DNA of 64,000 nucleotides from Octopus sinensis (Eukaryota): the NCBI RefSeq assembly GCF_006345805.1, contig NC_043005.1, positions 45,384,001 through 45,448,000 of the forward strand, written 5' to 3'. Under the pieces are notes generated by a model. The model was not told where the DNA came from, searched no databases, and worked only from the letters and a program-made list of their open reading frames with translations. Shown here one piece after another: positions 26,711 through 39,104 of this stretch. The first letter of the stretch is position 1. The number at the start of each line of letters is the position of its first letter. A program made the translations under genes and the position numbers.

Positions 26711-26809
26711 AATTCAAGATTTTAAATTTGAGAGCACTGCAAAAATTAAACATACTTATCTGACCAGGCGACATCAGACAACATACATCTAATATATATG
26801 TATAGATAT

Positions 26810-28450
26810 ACTATAAGCCATAGATGAGGTGGATACAAACAGCTGGTCCTGATGGTTTCCCCAGCAATCATCCTCAAATAGTGTAAGCGTGCCCTGGCAA
26901 AACCCCTCTAGATTCTCTTCCAGAGCTTTCTTGCAAATGGCAAACTGGCAAGCAAGCTGAAAGAGGGAATAATATGCCCAATTCAGAAAGGGGGAAGCAG
27001 AGCAGATGTTAAAAACTATAGGCCTATCTCTCTGACTTCACACATCAGCAAAGTCATGGAACGGATAGTCAGAGGAAAACTAATTGCATTCCTTGAAGAA
27101 AATAACTTGCTGAGTGCTACACAGCATGGCTTTCGACCAGGTAGGAGCTGCCTGACCCAGCTCTTACAACATTATGACTAGATGTTGAGGTAGCTACTCA
27201 ACAACTCAAATGTGAACGTAATATACCTTGATTGTGCAAAAGCTTTTGACAAGGTGGATCATGGTATGATATGCCACAAACTGCATGATCTCGGCATTGC
27301 TGGAAAACTTGGAGAGTGGTTACATGACTTTCTGAAAGATAGGAGTCAGGCAGTAGTGGCCACTGAAGCCACCTCTATAAACACACAAATAGTGAGCGGT
27401 GTTCCACAGGGCACTGTTTTGGGACCACTGCTTTTTATAATGGCCCTCTCAGATATACCCTCAAGTGCCTGGATAGTCACCCTTGCAAGCTATGCAGATG
27501 ATACGAAAGTCTCACAGAAAATACAGAATCCCAGCAATGTTGCACACCTGCAGCAGGAGTTGGACTCAATTTACAGATAGGCTGAGGATAATAATATGCA
27601 GTTTAATGCTGAAAAATTCCAAGCCCTGTGCTACCAACATCCAAAACTGAATATGAAACTTACAGGGTACACCAGTCCACAGGGATTTTCAATCCCAGAG
27701 CCTAAATCAGTGAGGAACCTGGGTATTGACATGAGTGATGATACTACTTTCCAAGTGCACATTACCAAGATAGTGACAAAGTGTAGATGACTGGCTAGAT
27801 GGATCCTAAGAATATTCAGAACCAGAGATAAGGAAACAATGATGGTCCTCTGGTGGACATTCGTCCTCAGCCACCTGGATTACTGCTCAAAGGTATGATC
27901 ACCCACCAGTGTGAAATTAACAGCGGACCTTGAAGCAATCCAGAGAAGATTCACAAAGAAGGTCGTCTCTTTGCAACAGCTCAGCTACTGGGAAAGGTTG
28001 AAACAGCTAAGACTCTACTCCCGGGAGAGAAGATGGGAGAGGTATGCAGTAATATATATCTGGAAGATCCTGGAAGTGCCAAATTTTGGCATTGAAAGCT
28101 ACACCAATGCCAGAACGGGACGACACTGCAGAGTGCCAAAGATCCCAGCAATGTCATTGCGCTTCAGGACCAGCTACTGCAACAGCCTGGATTTCAGGGG
28201 CCCACAGCTTTTTAATATTCTCCTAAAAGCCTGATGAACCTGCACAAAGTAGATGTAGGGGTTTTTAAATCAAAGCTGGACCTCTTCCTGTCGAGAGTCC
28301 CAGGTGAACCTACCTCATGGCAAGAGGTGTAAATGAGGTTAGCTACATCAAACTCCATTCTTCACTAAGTGCCACATATTAGAGGAGGCTCTCAGTAATA
28401 ATAGTGTAGCAAAACGGCAGTGCATCAGCTGAAACTAGAGAGAAAAAAAT
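26810..28450 (+). mobile_element. CR1/L2-group LINE, 5'-truncated, decayed RT
   Basis: AGPDG..KNYRPISLTSHISKVMER..QHGFRPGRSCLTQL..YLDCAKAFDKVDH..SGVPQGTVLGPLLF..YADDTK; multiple stops and frameshifts; followed by (TA)n. Confidence 0.92.
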
Positions 28451-28553
28451 ATATATATGTAATATGTGTATATATATATATATATTGTTATATTTCGGAA
28501 TGGTCATATTGCCAGTTTAGCCAATAAAATCTTGCACAACAAATATTTAAACG

Positions 28554-28598
<45 letters not shown>

Positions 28599-28621
28599 CG
28601 TATATATATATTTATATATAC

Positions 28622-28683
<62 letters not shown>

Positions 28684-28705
28684 CATATATATGTATATAT
28701 ATATA

Positions 28706-29260
28706 CATCATCATCATCATCATCATCATCGTTTAGCGTCCGTTTTCCATGCTAGCATGGGTTGGACTACATATATATTTATATACATAAGCACCATCCG
28801 ATCGTGGCCGTTTGCCAGCCTCATCTGGCACCTGTGTCGGTGGCACATAAAAACACCATCCGAGCGTGGCCGTCTGCCAGCCTCGTCTGGCACCTGTGTC
28901 GGTGGCACATAAAAACACCATCCGAGCGTGGCCGTCTGCCAGCCTCGTCTGGCACATAAAAAACACCATCCGAGCGTGGCCGTCTGCCAGCCTCGTCTGG
29001 CACCTGTGTCGGTGGCACATAAAAAACACCATCCGAGCGTGGCCGTTTGCCAGCCTCGTCTGGCACCTGTGTCGGTGGCACATAAAATCACCCACTACAC
29101 TCTCGGAGTGGTTGGCGTTAGGAAGGGCATCCAGCTGTAGAAACACTGCCAGATCTGACTGGACTGGTGCAGCATTCGGGCTCCCCAGACCCCAGTTGAA
29201 CCGTCCAACCCATGCTAGCATGGAAAGCGGACGTTAAATGATGATGATGATGATGATGAT
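28706..29260 (+). mobile_element. RTE-related element with five ~59-bp internal repeats and tails at both ends in inverted orientation
   Basis: Units caccatccgagcgtggccgtctgccagcctcgtctggcacctgtgtcggtggcacataaaaa; (CAT)n tail 28706-28767 and (GAT)n tail 29203-29260. Confidence 0.8.
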
Positions 29261-29594
29261 ACACACAAATTAGTTAAGCTTATATATAATTCAATTTATG
29301 TATAGATTTAATATTTAACTCATTTATAGAATTAACTAAAGTTTCTATTATTACTAAATATATAATAAGTTTAACTAATTTGTGTGTATAGATTTGACCC
29401 ATTTTCTATTTTTAATTCTTGTAGTTATAGTTTGTAGTAGTATTATGTATATGAGTTAGCATGAAGTTTTTTAGTATATATTACATAATTAGAATAAGCT
29501 TAAACTTAGATGTTTATCAAATAGGAATATAATTAAATAATTTAATGGATATAAATTAAATTATAGTATTTTAGCTTCACTTAATGTATATTAT

Positions 29595-29633
29595 GTATTT
29601 TATTTATATATATATATATGTATATATATATAC

Positions 29634-29701
<68 letters not shown>

Positions 29702-29738
29702 ACATATATATATATACATATATATACATATATATATA

Positions 29739-29798
<60 letters not shown>

Positions 29799-29831
29799 CA
29801 TATATATATATATATGTATATATATATACAC

Positions 29832-29870
<39 letters not shown>
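29595..29870. repeat. (TA)n/(TACA)n tract
   Basis: Direct reading. Confidence 0.95.
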
Positions 29871-29874
<4 letters not shown>

Positions 29875-29934
29875 TAAAACAGTAAGATAACAAAAGAAAG
29901 AAAGAGACCTCAATATATGTAAATAGAGGAAATT

Positions 29935-30117
29935 TATCTATAAAATAATATGTTACATTACTCGATAGTCAAGATAAAACTCTGACGCCATCTCTTCGGT
30001 TATCAGGGGAAATAGCCAGATAACCGAAGAGATGGCATTGTGGATTCCCACTTCGGCATCTGAAACTCAGAGTTTTATCTTGACTATCGAGTAATGTAAC
30101 ATATTATTTTATAGATA
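29935..30117. repeat. Nested fold-back (51-bp and 18-bp perfect inverted arms) containing a hammerhead-like variant
   Basis: 29935-29985 is the reverse complement of 30067-30117; 29987-30004 is the reverse complement of 30019-30036. Confidence 0.9.
30018..30080 (+). ncRNA. Hammerhead-like motif, variant core
   Basis: AGAUAA-CCGAAGA-GAUG..CAUC-U-GAAAC-UCAGA-GUU^-UUAUCU; U4 replaced by C, one extra nt before G12. Confidence 0.45.
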
Positions 30118-30324
30118 TTTATATATATACATATATATATATATTATATATATATATATATATATAATATATATATATGTAAAAGTAAAAAAAAATACAA
30201 ACTGGGACAAGAACGTGAAACATTTAGAAGACGACACAAAAAACACGGATGGGACATTCGAAGCCCTCAATCATCAGTCAAGAACCGGATCATCTTCGCA
30301 ATTTTGGCTGATTAATCTTGAGAT

Positions 30325-30355
<31 letters not shown>

Positions 30356-30356
<1 letters not shown>

Positions 30357-30647
30357 CACATGAACACGTGACCGACCAGACCATCAGACGTTGTTGTACA
30401 TTGCTGGTCACAATGCGTTCGCATTGTTTTAGCTTTCGAATGACGCCACCCAGCTGGCTAAGCAAGCAGACCAACAGAAGAAAGAGTGGTGAAAGAGTAC
30501 AGCAGGGATCACCACCCCCTGCCGGAGCCTCGTGGAGCTTTTAGGTGTTTTCGCTCAATAAACACTCACAACGCCTGGTCTGGGAATCGAAACCGTGATC
30601 CTACGACCGCGAATCCGCTGCCCTAACCACTGGACCATTGCGCCTCC
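30356..30647 (-). mobile_element. tRNA-headed SINE family C, young copy
   Basis: Minus-strand head ggaggcgcaatggtccagtggttaggg (A-box-like) and ggtttcgattccc (B-box-like). Confidence 0.88.
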
Positions 30648-30670
30648 ACATATATATATATATATATATA

Positions 30671-30898
30671 AGGCGAGCAGGCAGAATTGTTAGCACGCCG
30701 GGCGAAATGCGTAGCCATATTTCATCTGCCGTTACGTTCTGAGTTCAAATTCCCCTGTTGTCGACTTTGCCTTTCATCCTTTCGGGGTCGATAAATTAAA
30801 TACCAGTTATGCACTGGGGTCGATGTAATTAACTTAATCCGTTTGTCTGTCTTTGTTTGTCCCATCTCTGTTTATCCCCTTGTGGGTAGTAAAGAAAT
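30671..30898 (+). mobile_element. SINE family A, young copy
   Basis: ggcgagcaggcagaattgttagcacgccgggcgaaatgc..ctgagttcaaattccc. Confidence 0.85.
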
Positions 30899-31294
30899 CT
30901 ATATTTATATATATATATATTGTTTTAAATATTTAGTTTTAATTACTTGTATTTTAATTTTGCAGTAATGATATACTATAGTTTGTTATTTTTTCTTCTA
31001 TAAGCTATAATATATTTTCATGGATAAAATAAATATTTCTATCTATTTATTCTAGTTTTATTTACACCACGTTTTTAATTAGATAAATTTATTATAAACA
31101 CTATTTCCTACATATTAAGTTTAATGATTTAGTTAACAGAATATATTCAATAAGATATTTCATGTTTTTATTTTAAGACATATTGCTGAATTTTTGGGGT
31201 TATTTATTGTAAAATTACGTATTTTTATATATATTTATATTTTCTTATAAGATAATATACTTACATTTATTTTATTATTTTATTGTTTTTATCT

Positions 31295-31379
31295 TAGACC
31301 TGATGAGTAACTATATTTAAATTGAATTGATTTTATTGTTATCAATTTGTAAATATAGCCACGAAACACATGTAGTCTA
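31295..31379 (+). ncRNA. Type I hammerhead ribozyme motif
   Basis: UAGAC-CUGAUGA-GU(AA)CUAUAUUUA..UAAAUAUAG(CC)AC-GAAAC-ACAU-GUA^-GUCUA; intact core, long helix II, within an AT-rich block (~30900-31520). Confidence 0.75.
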
Positions 31380-31742
31380 TTTACTAATTATATACTATTT
31401 ATTTATTATTTCATACATTATTTAGTTCTAGGTAAATGTTTTATCGTGGTTTAATTTTTTTTCTATATGGTATGATTTAAGTATATCATTGTTGAATTGC
31501 TACATAGTGGTTCTTCTCTAGTTTATATACATGTATTATATATTGTGAAATTTGATTTAGTATTACTAAATTGATTTTTCCCTGTAAGCTTGAAATCATA
31601 TTCCATAATATTATTATTATTATTATACATATTTATACACCTGTTCGTTTGTTTTCCACCTGCCTTCGTCTTTTGTTTATTTTCATAAAGCTTCCCGTCA
31701 CATATATATATATATATATACACACACATATATATATATATG

Positions 31743-31797
<55 letters not shown>

Positions 31798-31885
31798 CAT
31801 ATATATGTATATACACACACACATATATATATATACACACTGCCATTGTATGTATGTATATATATATGTTTTTCAATTTAAAATT

Positions 31886-33135
31886 TTTCAGCTGCAAAGC
31901 TGCAGTCATTGACTGAGCAATTCCATTATTTGGAACCTCCTCTAATATGTGGCATTTTGTCAATGAGTGAGTTTGATGCTGCTGCTCTTATCTTTGTTTC
32001 CTGCCTTGAGGTAGGCTTGTCTGGAACCTGTAACAGGACGAGATCCAATTTTGTTTTAAAGACACTTACATCCACACCATGCAGGTCTCTCAGGCATTTT
32101 GGAAGAATATTAAAGAGCTGTGGGCCCTTGAAGCCCAAGCTGTTGCAGTATCTGGTCCTGTATTTTGATGGCGATGCTAGGATCTTTGGCTATATGCAGT
32201 GGCGCCCCGTTCTTCAGTTTGAATAACTTTCAATGCCAAAGATTGAAGGAATCTAGGATTTTCTAGATGTATATCATTGCATATCTCTCCTGCCTTCATT
32301 CCAGAGAGAAGAGTTTTAATTCTTTCAGTCTTCCCCAGTAGCTGATGTGTTGCATTGAGAAGATCTTCTTAGTGTAGCTTCGTTGGATTGCTTTGAGTTC
32401 CGCCGTGGATTTTTTATTGTGTGGTGACCATAGTTGGGAGCAATAGTCTAAGCGGCTTAGCACGTATGTCCCCCAAAAGATCATCAATGTCTCCTTTTCT
32501 CTTGTTTTGAAAGTTCAGAGGGTCCATCTAGCCAGCTGTCTGCATTTTATTACCAAATTGGTAATAAGCACTTGGAAAGATGCATCATTGCTTATGTCAA
32601 TGCCCAGGTCATGCACTGACTTTAATTCAGGGATTTCAATTCCTCTAGGGCCAGTGTATCCTGTCTGCAAGTTATTTAGCTTTGTATGTTGGCAGCATAT
32701 GGCCTGCAATCTTCCTGCATTAAACTGCATATTGTTGTCCTCAGCCCACCTGTATATTGCGTCCAACTCCTGTTGCGGATGTGCAATATTTCCAGGATTT
32801 TGTATTGTCAGAGAGACTTTTGTGTCATCTGCACAGCTAGCAAGGGTAGCTATCTGAGCAGCCAAGGACATGTCTGAGAGGGCCACTATGAACAGCAGTG
32901 GGCCCAAAACAGTGCCCTGTGGAACACCACTTACTATTTGCATTTCCTTAGAGGTTGCTCCGTTGGCCACTACTGCGTGATGTCTATCCTTTAGAAAGCT
33001 GTGCAGCCATTCTCCAAGTTTTCCGCATATGCTGAGATCATGCAGTTTGTGACATATCATACGATGGTCAAATTTGTCAAAGGCTTTTGTAAAGACGAGA
33101 TATATTACACCTACACTTGAGTCATTAAGCAGCTG
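31886..33135 (-). mobile_element. CR1/L2-group LINE fragment, same family as 26810-28450
   Basis: ORF 32515-33060 (SGVPQGTVLGPLLF..CADDTK); same 3' UTR ending. Confidence 0.9.
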
Positions 33136-33261
33136 TATATATATATATGTATATAGATATAAATGTATATATATATTTCTTTTTTTATTTCATCTGGTTT
33201 CAGCTCATGAGCTGTGGCCATGCTATATGTATATATATAGATATATATGTATATATATATA

Positions 33262-34514
33262 TTGGGTTGGCAACTAACATTTATTGCGTTTTTAAATTTT
33301 GCTTTTTTTTTTTTTTTTGAGAATTCTATTTTTGAATCATTTTGGAATGTAATGTGTATTTTTCTAGTTAATTTTAAACTTTTGTTTATTAAAATGGAAT
33401 GTCAAGTTAAGAAAAACGAGCATTTTCGACACCTCCTTCTTTTTGTTTTTAATTAAGGTTCTAAGGCCGCAAGAGCTGCTCATGACATTTGTCCTGTGTA
33501 TAGAGAGCATGCCATAGCTGAAAGAACCACTTGTAATTGGTAAGCAAAGTTCAAAAATGGAAATTTTGACCTCAAAGACGCACCTCATTCTGGACATCCA
33601 GTTGACTTTGATGAAGAGCAATTAAACCAACTTTTGGACAAAAATTCCTGCCAAATTACAAGGGAACTGGCAGAGAAAATGGAATGCTCCCACAATGCTA
33701 TAGAGAAGCATCTTCACTCGATGGGAGAGGTTCAGAAGTATGGAGCATGAGTTCCGCATACTTTAAGTGACAACAACAAAAATCAACAAGCCACAATCTC
33801 CACTGGTTTGCTTGCTCGTCACCACTCAACTCATGGACACAAGCAATGATTTCTTTACCAAATCATTACTGACGATGGAAAATGGTGCCTATACATTAAT
33901 ATGAAGCAGCATAAGGAATGGCTTAGCCCTTGTAAACAAGCAACACCGTGCATGAAACAAGTTCTTCATCCGTGTAAAACGATGTTGTCCGTATGGTAGG
34001 GCTGGGAAGGGATTATCCATTATGAATTGCTTGAACGGAACCAAGCAGTCAACGTGGAACACTATGTTCAACAGATGGAATGACTCAACATGGCTATTCA
34101 AGAGAAAAGACCTAATCTGCAACATGGAGTTCTTCTTCTGCATGACAACACCCACCCTCATATCGCCAATATGACCAAGGAAGTCATTCAAACGCATGGC
34201 TGGTAAGTGTTGCTACACCTGCCGTACTCTCCTGATTTGGCACCAACGGATTTCCACCTCTTCGATCTCTTTCAAATGCTATGCATGGAGTTTCGTTCAA
34301 TCCTGATGCAGAATTGAGAGTTTGGTTGGATCAATTTTTCGAGTCGAAATCGAGTGCTTTCTACCAACAAGGTTTTGAAAAACCTTGTTGAACGTTGGGA
34401 AGAAGTTGTAAACAACAAAAGTGAATACATTATTGATTAATTAGTTACTTTTTATTAAACGTTTTAAAAAATAAAAATTTAAAAGACTGGTGGGAACTTA
34501 GTTACCAACACACC
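33262..34514 (+). mobile_element. Near full-length mariner (Tc1/mariner) transposon
   Basis: Imperfect TIRs TTGGGTTGGCAACTAA / TTAGTTACCAACAC; 5' TA; encloses a transposase pseudogene. Confidence 0.92.
33394..34440 (+). pseudogene. Mariner DD34D transposase pseudogene
   Basis: MECQVKKNEHFRH..(W)VPHTL..ITDDGKW..LLHDN..YSPDLAPTDFHLF; 34 residues counted between the 2nd and 3rd Asp; several stops and frameshifts. Confidence 0.92.
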
Positions 34515-34826
34515 CCACATAGGCTTTCCCCACCTCCCCACATCACACCACACTACACTACACCATTACACATCACATATACATACACACATCCAGACCA
34601 CCAGCCCTCTTTCACATGCACATACATACTCTCTTATGCACACATGCACCTTCATGTTCGGGAAGGTCACTTGACCCTGTTATCTCCCCTACTATCCCTC
34701 TAGCGTCTAACGTCTGACCTCTAACGTTTGACCTCCGATCTCTGACTTCTCCTGAAATCAGAATGCCATGTTCAATCGTTAGCCCCTACACGCAATTTTT
34801 TTCTCTCCTTATTTCTTTTCTGTGTA

Positions 34827-34864
34827 TCTTTCTGTCGAAGAGCGTAGGCTCGAAACGTAAAAGA
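34827..34864 (+). ncRNA. Minimal hammerhead-like motif, variant core
   Basis: UCUUU-CUGUCGA-A-GAGC(GUAG)GCUC-GAAAC-GUA^-AAAGA; A6 replaced by U; helix III is the palindrome ACGU. Confidence 0.5.
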
Positions 34865-35029
34865 CTTGTTTTATTTCTATTCCTGAGCGCCATACTAATA
34901 CTTTGTTTGTTTGTACCCCACCTGCCTTCGTCTTTTGTTTATTTTCATAAACCTTCCCATTATATATATATATATATATACACACATATATGTATATGTA
35001 TATATACATATCTATATACATACATATCC

Positions 35030-35525
35030 AGGCAATCCAATGAAGTAATACAAAGAAGATAGCCTCTATGCAGCATACAACCTACTGGGAAAGACTCAAT
35101 TCATTAAGGCGTAGGTGAGAAAGATATGCCATAATATACATCTTGAAGATCCTGGAAGCACTTGCCCCAAACTTTGGCATCGAGAGTTACACAAATACTA
35201 GAACTGGGCTCCACTGCATTGTGCCAAGGACTCCAAAGATTTAGGACAAGATGCTGCAATAGCCTGGGCTTCAATATCCTCCCCAACGACCTGAGAGACC
35301 TGCATGGGGTGGATGTAGGTGTCTTCAAAATAAAGCTGGACCTATTACTGTCAAGTGTCCCAGATGAACCAACATTGCAGCAGGAGGTGCAGATGAGGGC
35401 AGCTGCATCAAATTCCCTCAAGCACCAAATGTCAATTCCTAAAAAGCATTTGTGAAGTAAAATTATGTAGCAACACCAAATGGCAGTGCTCTAGCATGGC
35501 CACAGCTCGTAAGCTGAAACTAGAT
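35030..35525 (+). mobile_element. CR1/L2-group LINE 3' fragment
   Basis: Homologous to 27950-28440 (..DLHGVDVGVFKIKLDLLLSSVPDEP). Confidence 0.85.
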
Positions 35526-35584
35526 ATAAAAAAATGTAAATATGTATATACACATATCCATATAAATACATATATATACATATT

Positions 35585-35617
<33 letters not shown>

Positions 35618-35869
35618 GTATGTATATATCTATCTCTATATATATGTGTGTGTGTGAGTGGACAAACAAAAGGGCACTCAACCAGTTTACTGGTTGTTAT
35701 ATATATGTGTATATATATTTATATATATATATAATATATATATTTGTCTACATATGTGTGTGTGCATATATTTATATATATATATGTATGTGTGTGTGTA
35801 TGTTGTGTGAGTGTGTGGCAGTTGTGTTGGTACAATAAGCACTAAGAGCACATGGTATTTAGTCTCTCT

Positions 35870-36445
35870 GAAATACTCGAGAGGATCTCTTGAAGTTGCA
35901 GATATTTCTTGCTACTTAGCTGACCAAATTAGAAATGTTGGTGGATGCTTTGAAATTATTCTTTCTAGAATAAGAATAGGATGCAGGAATTTCAGCGAAG
36001 TATTGTTTCTCTGTCAGAGTGGAAGGCGAATTGTATGATGCTTGTGTATGACTGGCTATACTCCATGATAGTGAGATATGGGCTCTGAATATAGGGAACA
36101 TGTGTAGACTGGAGAGGAATGAGGGTAGTAAACTCTGTTGGATGTGCAACATCACTGTAGATGAACAGCAAAGTATAACTGCGTTGAGAGAAAAGTTGGG
36201 CATAAGAAGAATTAATTGTGGCATGCAGGGGGAGAGACTACATTGGTTAGGACATGTGATGTGCATGAATGAAGATAGCTGTATAACGAAGAGCCAATCA
36301 CAGAAGGTGGATGGTACCTGTGGGAGAGGCAGACCCAGGAAGACATGAGATGAACTGGTGAGGACCAATCTTAGGATGTTATGTCCATTGGAGGAAATGA
36401 CAATGGACCAAGATGTCTGGTGCTATGAGGTTCTAGAGAAGACCT
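35870..36445 (+). mobile_element. Old RTE LINE 3' fragment
   Basis: ORF 36100-36348 (RLHWLGHVMCM..GRGRPRKT). Confidence 0.85.
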
Positions 36446-37244
36446 GCCCATGTCAGCATAACTGAGTGCTAGAAGTATTGTGTCCCACCCACACATAACA
36501 ATAAAATTTTCACATACCCTGTAACAGAGCGGTTCGGCAAAAAGAGACCGATAGAATAAGTACTAGGCTTACAAAGAATAAGTCCTGGGATCGATTTCTT
36601 CAATGACTAAAGGTGGTGCTCCAGTCAAATGACTGAAAGAAGTAAAAGAAAAGAATACCCAATCCCTAGAATCTAAACTGTATCTCCTCTCCCAAACTGC
36701 ATCGTTTCTCTTCCTCACATTTCCTCTGCATACACTATTATTTTCTCCCATTCTCCATCTTTGCCCTCACTGCCTTACTCACTTTATTGCTGCTTTCCCC
36801 ATCCCCCTCTTTATACCCAGATTCTCACCAGTCACTGCAATCCCCACCCCCGCTCTCTACTTTCACCTTCTTGGTAATACCTGGTCACATATATTATGTC
36901 CCCATACATTGAGGGCATGCCCTGGGAATTGATACCATTTATCTCTCTCTTCCTAACTCTACCATCCCATCTACTCTCATTCCTTATGACTATACCCTGG
37001 CACTTCACAATCATCTCTCTTTCTGTCTCCCACACTCTCTCTTTCTTCTGGCTGGGTACCCATGTATCTCCTCTATAGCATGTGTCTCTGTCCTCTTTCT
37101 TGTTACCACTCTCTCCCTCTCTCTCGGCCAGGTAACCATGTACCTCCTCTATAGCAAGACACCTGTTTATGTTTCTGTCACACTCTAACCTTTCATCATC
37201 TGATACAAAATCACCTCCTCAAATGTCCTGTCCCAAAATTCCTT

Positions 37245-37566
37245 GTCTTGCAAGTTACTTGGTGACCCTAACAGTGCTGGTGCCATGTAAAAAGCACCCA
37301 GTTCTCACTGTGAAGTGATTGGCATTTGGAAGGGCATACAGCTGTAAAACCCATGCCAAAACTGACCTCGCTTGTGCTGGTGCCACCTAAAAAGCACTCA
37401 GTCCACTTTACGGGGTGGTTGGTGTTTGGAAGGGCATCCAGCAATAAAAGCCATGACAAAACAGACACAATAGCATGGTGTAGTCTTCTACCTGGCTAGC
37501 TCCTGTAAAACTGCCCAGCGCATACCAGCATGGAAGATGGATGTTAAATGATGATGATGATGATGA
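37245..37566 (+). mobile_element. (GAT)n-tailed RTE-related short element
   Basis: Tail gcatggaagatggatgttaaatgatgatgatg. Confidence 0.75.
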
Positions 37567-38669
37567 AATGTATGTGTGTGTGTGTGTAAATGTATTAAAT
37601 GTCACACAGACAGAAAACTAACTGTCCTAACTTGTTATTTTAAAAATAAACAGATGTCAGCAAAATAAACAAATATTCTTTTCTGAAATGTTACTCAAAA
37701 CAATGAACTGTGTCTAAACCTGTAACCTTGCTTTTATATATAGTGTATGTATAAACATATACATTTGTCAAAAAGTCTTAGTAAGGAAGAGACTACATGA
37801 CTTTAGTAAAGTTACACAGTTGCTTAAGATGCTTAGAATAAAATAGCTGTAGCAACCACTGATGATAGTTATTCTTTTACTAGCTTTCAGTTACAGAGTG
37901 GTAACCATTTAAGGGCTATTTTAGTCAATTAAATCCACCCAATACTTTGTCTAGTATTTATTCTACCAACATTATCACTCACTAAGTAGGTAGGTGTATT
38001 AAATAAACTCGGAAGAGACTTGTTTTATTTATAGCAAAGTGCTGGCATGTTTTTAGCTTTTTTAATTGAGGGGTCTGGAGGAAGAGGCAGTAGCTATGGC
38101 CTTTGGAGGCACTCTTAAACCAGTGAGTTTAATGCTATTAATGTTGCTTTTGAGCCATTGTAAGTCAATAAACAGTGAGAAACACATGAACAAGGAGGGA
38201 ATTCTCACAGCTATGAGATAATGCATGATTAATTTGAAACAATGTGAATAAATAAGCATTACATTTGACATAGCAATCTAAATACTAAAGGGTTAAATCA
38301 TACATAGTATTAAGCACCCACTTAACTACTAAGTATTCATGCAGCAGATGTCCCTAGGTAAATGATAATTGAGTACTCAGAAAACAAAAGCCAAGACAAA
38401 TGAAGCTATACCCTGATAAGATAAGAGATCACCTGATTATGGGTCATAGTTCAAATATGCTGCAGTTTTTATTGTTTCTCAGCAAAATACTTGATTGCAC
38501 ATAGCTTCAGTTCACCAAGCTGCTGCAAATAGGTACCAAAATCATCTAGGAACCTTCAACCTCAGACACGTGACCATCCCTAATCTTGGTCTACTATGTC
38601 ATGAGATCCAAATTCTAGTTTTCATCATGAGCTGCATACAATGGCTTTAGTTCAGAAGTCTACTGTACA

Positions 38670-38876
38670 TTAACTCTTTAGCATTCAGATTCCTGTCAAA
38701 TGTAACACCATTTTGAATTTAATATACATTATCTTGTTGCTTCAAAATTTCTATGATGTGGTTATTTTTAGAATGACACTGTAGGATAGGTGTGAGAGGC
38801 TGGACCTGGCCAGTTTGAACATAAAACAGGTAGAATATTCGGGCAGATATGGCTGGTCAAAATGCTAAAGGGTTAA
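38670..38876 (-). mobile_element. TTAA-flanked MITE family 2
   Basis: TTAA-CTCTTTAGCATT ... AATGCTAAAGGG-TTAA. Confidence 0.8.
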
Positions 38877-39104
38877 CCCCATTCATGCAATGACATACGC
38901 CACCAGATGAATGATAGTTGTTTGTGAAGGGTTCCTAGAACAGTATGTAAACCTCAAACAAGTTTCTTCACTCATACCAATACATCTACAAACATCAAAT
39001 GGAAAATTTAGGCATACTAAACTGAAAATAATAGAGCAACATTTGTGAAAAGTTATGGATTTTCTGTACTCAATGGATGAAAAGCTTAATGTGAAACTTG
39101 AAAG

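Noticed and set aside
29270-29590. Mitochondrial control-region NUMT
   Set aside because: Only compositional resemblance; no adjacent mitochondrial gene or tRNA sequence recognised.
30245-30325. CTGATGA on the minus strand as another hammerhead
   Set aside because: Followed by GAAT rather than GAAA, with no convincing helix I or II.
30604-30647. tRNA genes at SINE heads
   Set aside because: A/B-box-like heads continue into shared SINE bodies; no complete cloverleaf.
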